Positions 62,788-64,000 of a stretch of DNA of 64,000 bases are shown in pieces. The stretch covers positions 992,001 through 1,056,000 of the forward strand of contig CBDHDG010000006.1 in the NCBI GenBank assembly GCA_965261595.1, in the 5' to 3' direction. Made by a program: the position numbers and the translations under genes. How positions within the stretch are numbered: position 1 is the first letter of the stretch; every line of letters begins with the position of its first letter. The DNA comes from a bacterium. GTDB taxonomy: Bacteria > UBA8248 > JACPRG01 > G963555815. A model generated the notes under the pieces. It was given only the letters and a program-made list of their open reading frames with translations. It had not been told where the DNA came from and made no database searches.

Positions 62788-63149
62788 TGCGATTTCCGCC
62801 TTATGCGGGAGAGGAGGCGGTTGATGAAGGTTGCCGATTCCGGAAAGAGCTCCCGCTCGCGCTCGAAGTGAGCACGTGCAGATTCCAAGTCGCCCAATTT
62901 GTAGTGGAGAAAGCCCAGATGGGCGTGGACACCCGGTGGCACCCGCTTGTCCTCGGCCTGGGTGCGTGCGATGTCTTCGCCGAGGCGTTGCGCCTGAGTG
63001 GCCGGATCGGCCTCACCCGGCTTGGCATACGAGAGGTACATGAGGTCCTCGTAGATGCCCCACCGGTACACGGTGGTTTCTGGTGGTGATGCGCACCCCG
63101 CGAGAACCACGATGCATGCGCTGACGCCCACGAGGAGACGACGGCTCAT
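62784..63149 (-). CDS. DUF4810-like lipoprotein
   Basis: LAGC lipobox; VPPGVHAHLG, E..LFPES. Confidence 0.85.
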   Translation of the reverse strand: MSRRLLVGVSACIVVLAGCASPPETTVYRWGIYEDLMYLSYAKPGEADPATQAQRLGEDIARTQAEDKRVPPGVHAHLGFLHYKLGDLESARAHFERERELFPESATFINRLLSRIRRKSQ

Positions 63150-63868
63150 CGTTCCGGAGTCGGCGACCACTCGCCTCGTTGGAGTCCATCGACCAGATTG
63201 TCCACGGCCTCGACAATCGCCAAGTTCAACACCTTGCCGTTCAGCGTGGAATCGTAGCCTGCTGTGCCTCCGAAGCCAGCAATCTCTCGGTTGGAGAGCG
63301 CGAACTCGCCGGCCCCCTGAGATGAGTACACGACTTCCGAGGTGCGCACGTCAACGACGTTGAGCGCGACCTTCGCATAGGCAACCTGTTGCTTGCCTGC
63401 CCCCAGAATTCCGAATAGTTGGCGGTCGCCCGTAGTCTTGCGGCCGAATTCGGTGACGTCGCCGGTGATGGCGACCTGTGCGCCCTTCAGCGCCTGTTGC
63501 GTCCCGCCGATATCCGCCTCTTGCTGAAGCACGGCCATGTTGTCCCGGTCGACCACGACGAAGCGTCCAGTCTGCTGGAGATGAGTCTTGAGGATGGTCT
63601 TCGCCTGGCTGCCCAGCCGGTCGCCCCCTTCGGAGAAAATCCCCTGCATATAGGTCGAGCGATTCTCGAAGTTCCCGATCACGAGAGTATGGCGAGACCC
63701 GCCAAAGGCGGTATCCGCCGAACGGGTAGTCTGCGCCTCAAGTGTTCTGGACGACTCGGTCGCGCAGCCTGAGAGGTGCATCCAGAGAGCCGCCGCGAGG
63801 ATGCTCGCGGCGGTCCGCGAAACACGGAGCCGATTGGCCTTGCACCATATAAGTATATTCACTAACAT
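63146..63868 (-). CDS. CsgG/HfaB family lipoprotein
   Basis: LSGC lipobox; F.NRS, RF.VVDR, GDVTEFGRK. Confidence 0.85.
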   Translation of the reverse strand: MLVNILIWCKANRLRVSRTAASILAAALWMHLSGCATESSRTLEAQTTRSADTAFGGSRHTLVIGNFENRSTYMQGIFSEGGDRLGSQAKTILKTHLQQTGRFVVVDRDNMAVLQQEADIGGTQQALKGAQVAITGDVTEFGRKTTGDRQLFGILGAGKQQVAYAKVALNVVDVRTSEVVYSSQGAGEFALSNREIAGFGGTAGYDSTLNGKVLNLAIVEAVDNLVDGLQRGEWSPTPER

Positions 63869-64000
63869 CCTCGTCCCGTTATGTCCGCAGGATCCTCGCT
63901 TGCCTTCACCGACGCCCAGAACTCGCGCTGCGACAGTACTCTGTATCAGGCCCTTGAGCCCATCGGTGTACGATATACATAAGACTTATAGTGTATTTGA

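Noticed and set aside
1..64000. CRISPR array, tRNA/tmRNA attachment site, rRNA
   Set aside because: No regularly spaced repeats, cloverleaf or rRNA signatures were seen, and no att direct repeat could be identified by eye.

Overview
High-GC bacterial window with three parts. (1) 1-15.7 kb is intact chromosomal metabolism: polyprenyl synthase, Maf, a tandem cysteine hydrolase, a maleate isomerase-like enzyme, an aminotransferase, a 2-hydroxyacid dehydrogenase, an MBL hydrolase, glutaredoxin, squalene-hopene cyclase with an HpnG-like gene, a Rieske oxygenase and a molybdenum hydroxylase large subunit. (2) 15.8-44 kb and 51-62 kb are heavily decayed mobile DNA. Each tract carries a pair of tandem, paralogous arm-binding tyrosine integrases, and the two pairs point towards each other. 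Together the tracts hold an ICE/plasmid-like leading region (ssb, toprim primase, DUF2493), nuclease/HEPN/Fic cargo, and many IS elements (IS256, IS3 including four near-identical 1.4-kb copies, IS110, IS1380, IS1595). They enclose a host-like block of a nucleoside ABC transporter and an acetamidase (44-51 kb). (3) A CsgG-DUF4810-DUF799 lipoprotein operon ends the window. The strongest finding is an apparently intact IS110 element (30645-32352). Its 5' non-coding region can be read as a complete bridge RNA: all four guide segments match the reconstructed target and donor sites around a TC(C) core. No tRNA, rRNA or CRISPR array was seen. All family calls come from recognising motifs by eye; no database search was run.
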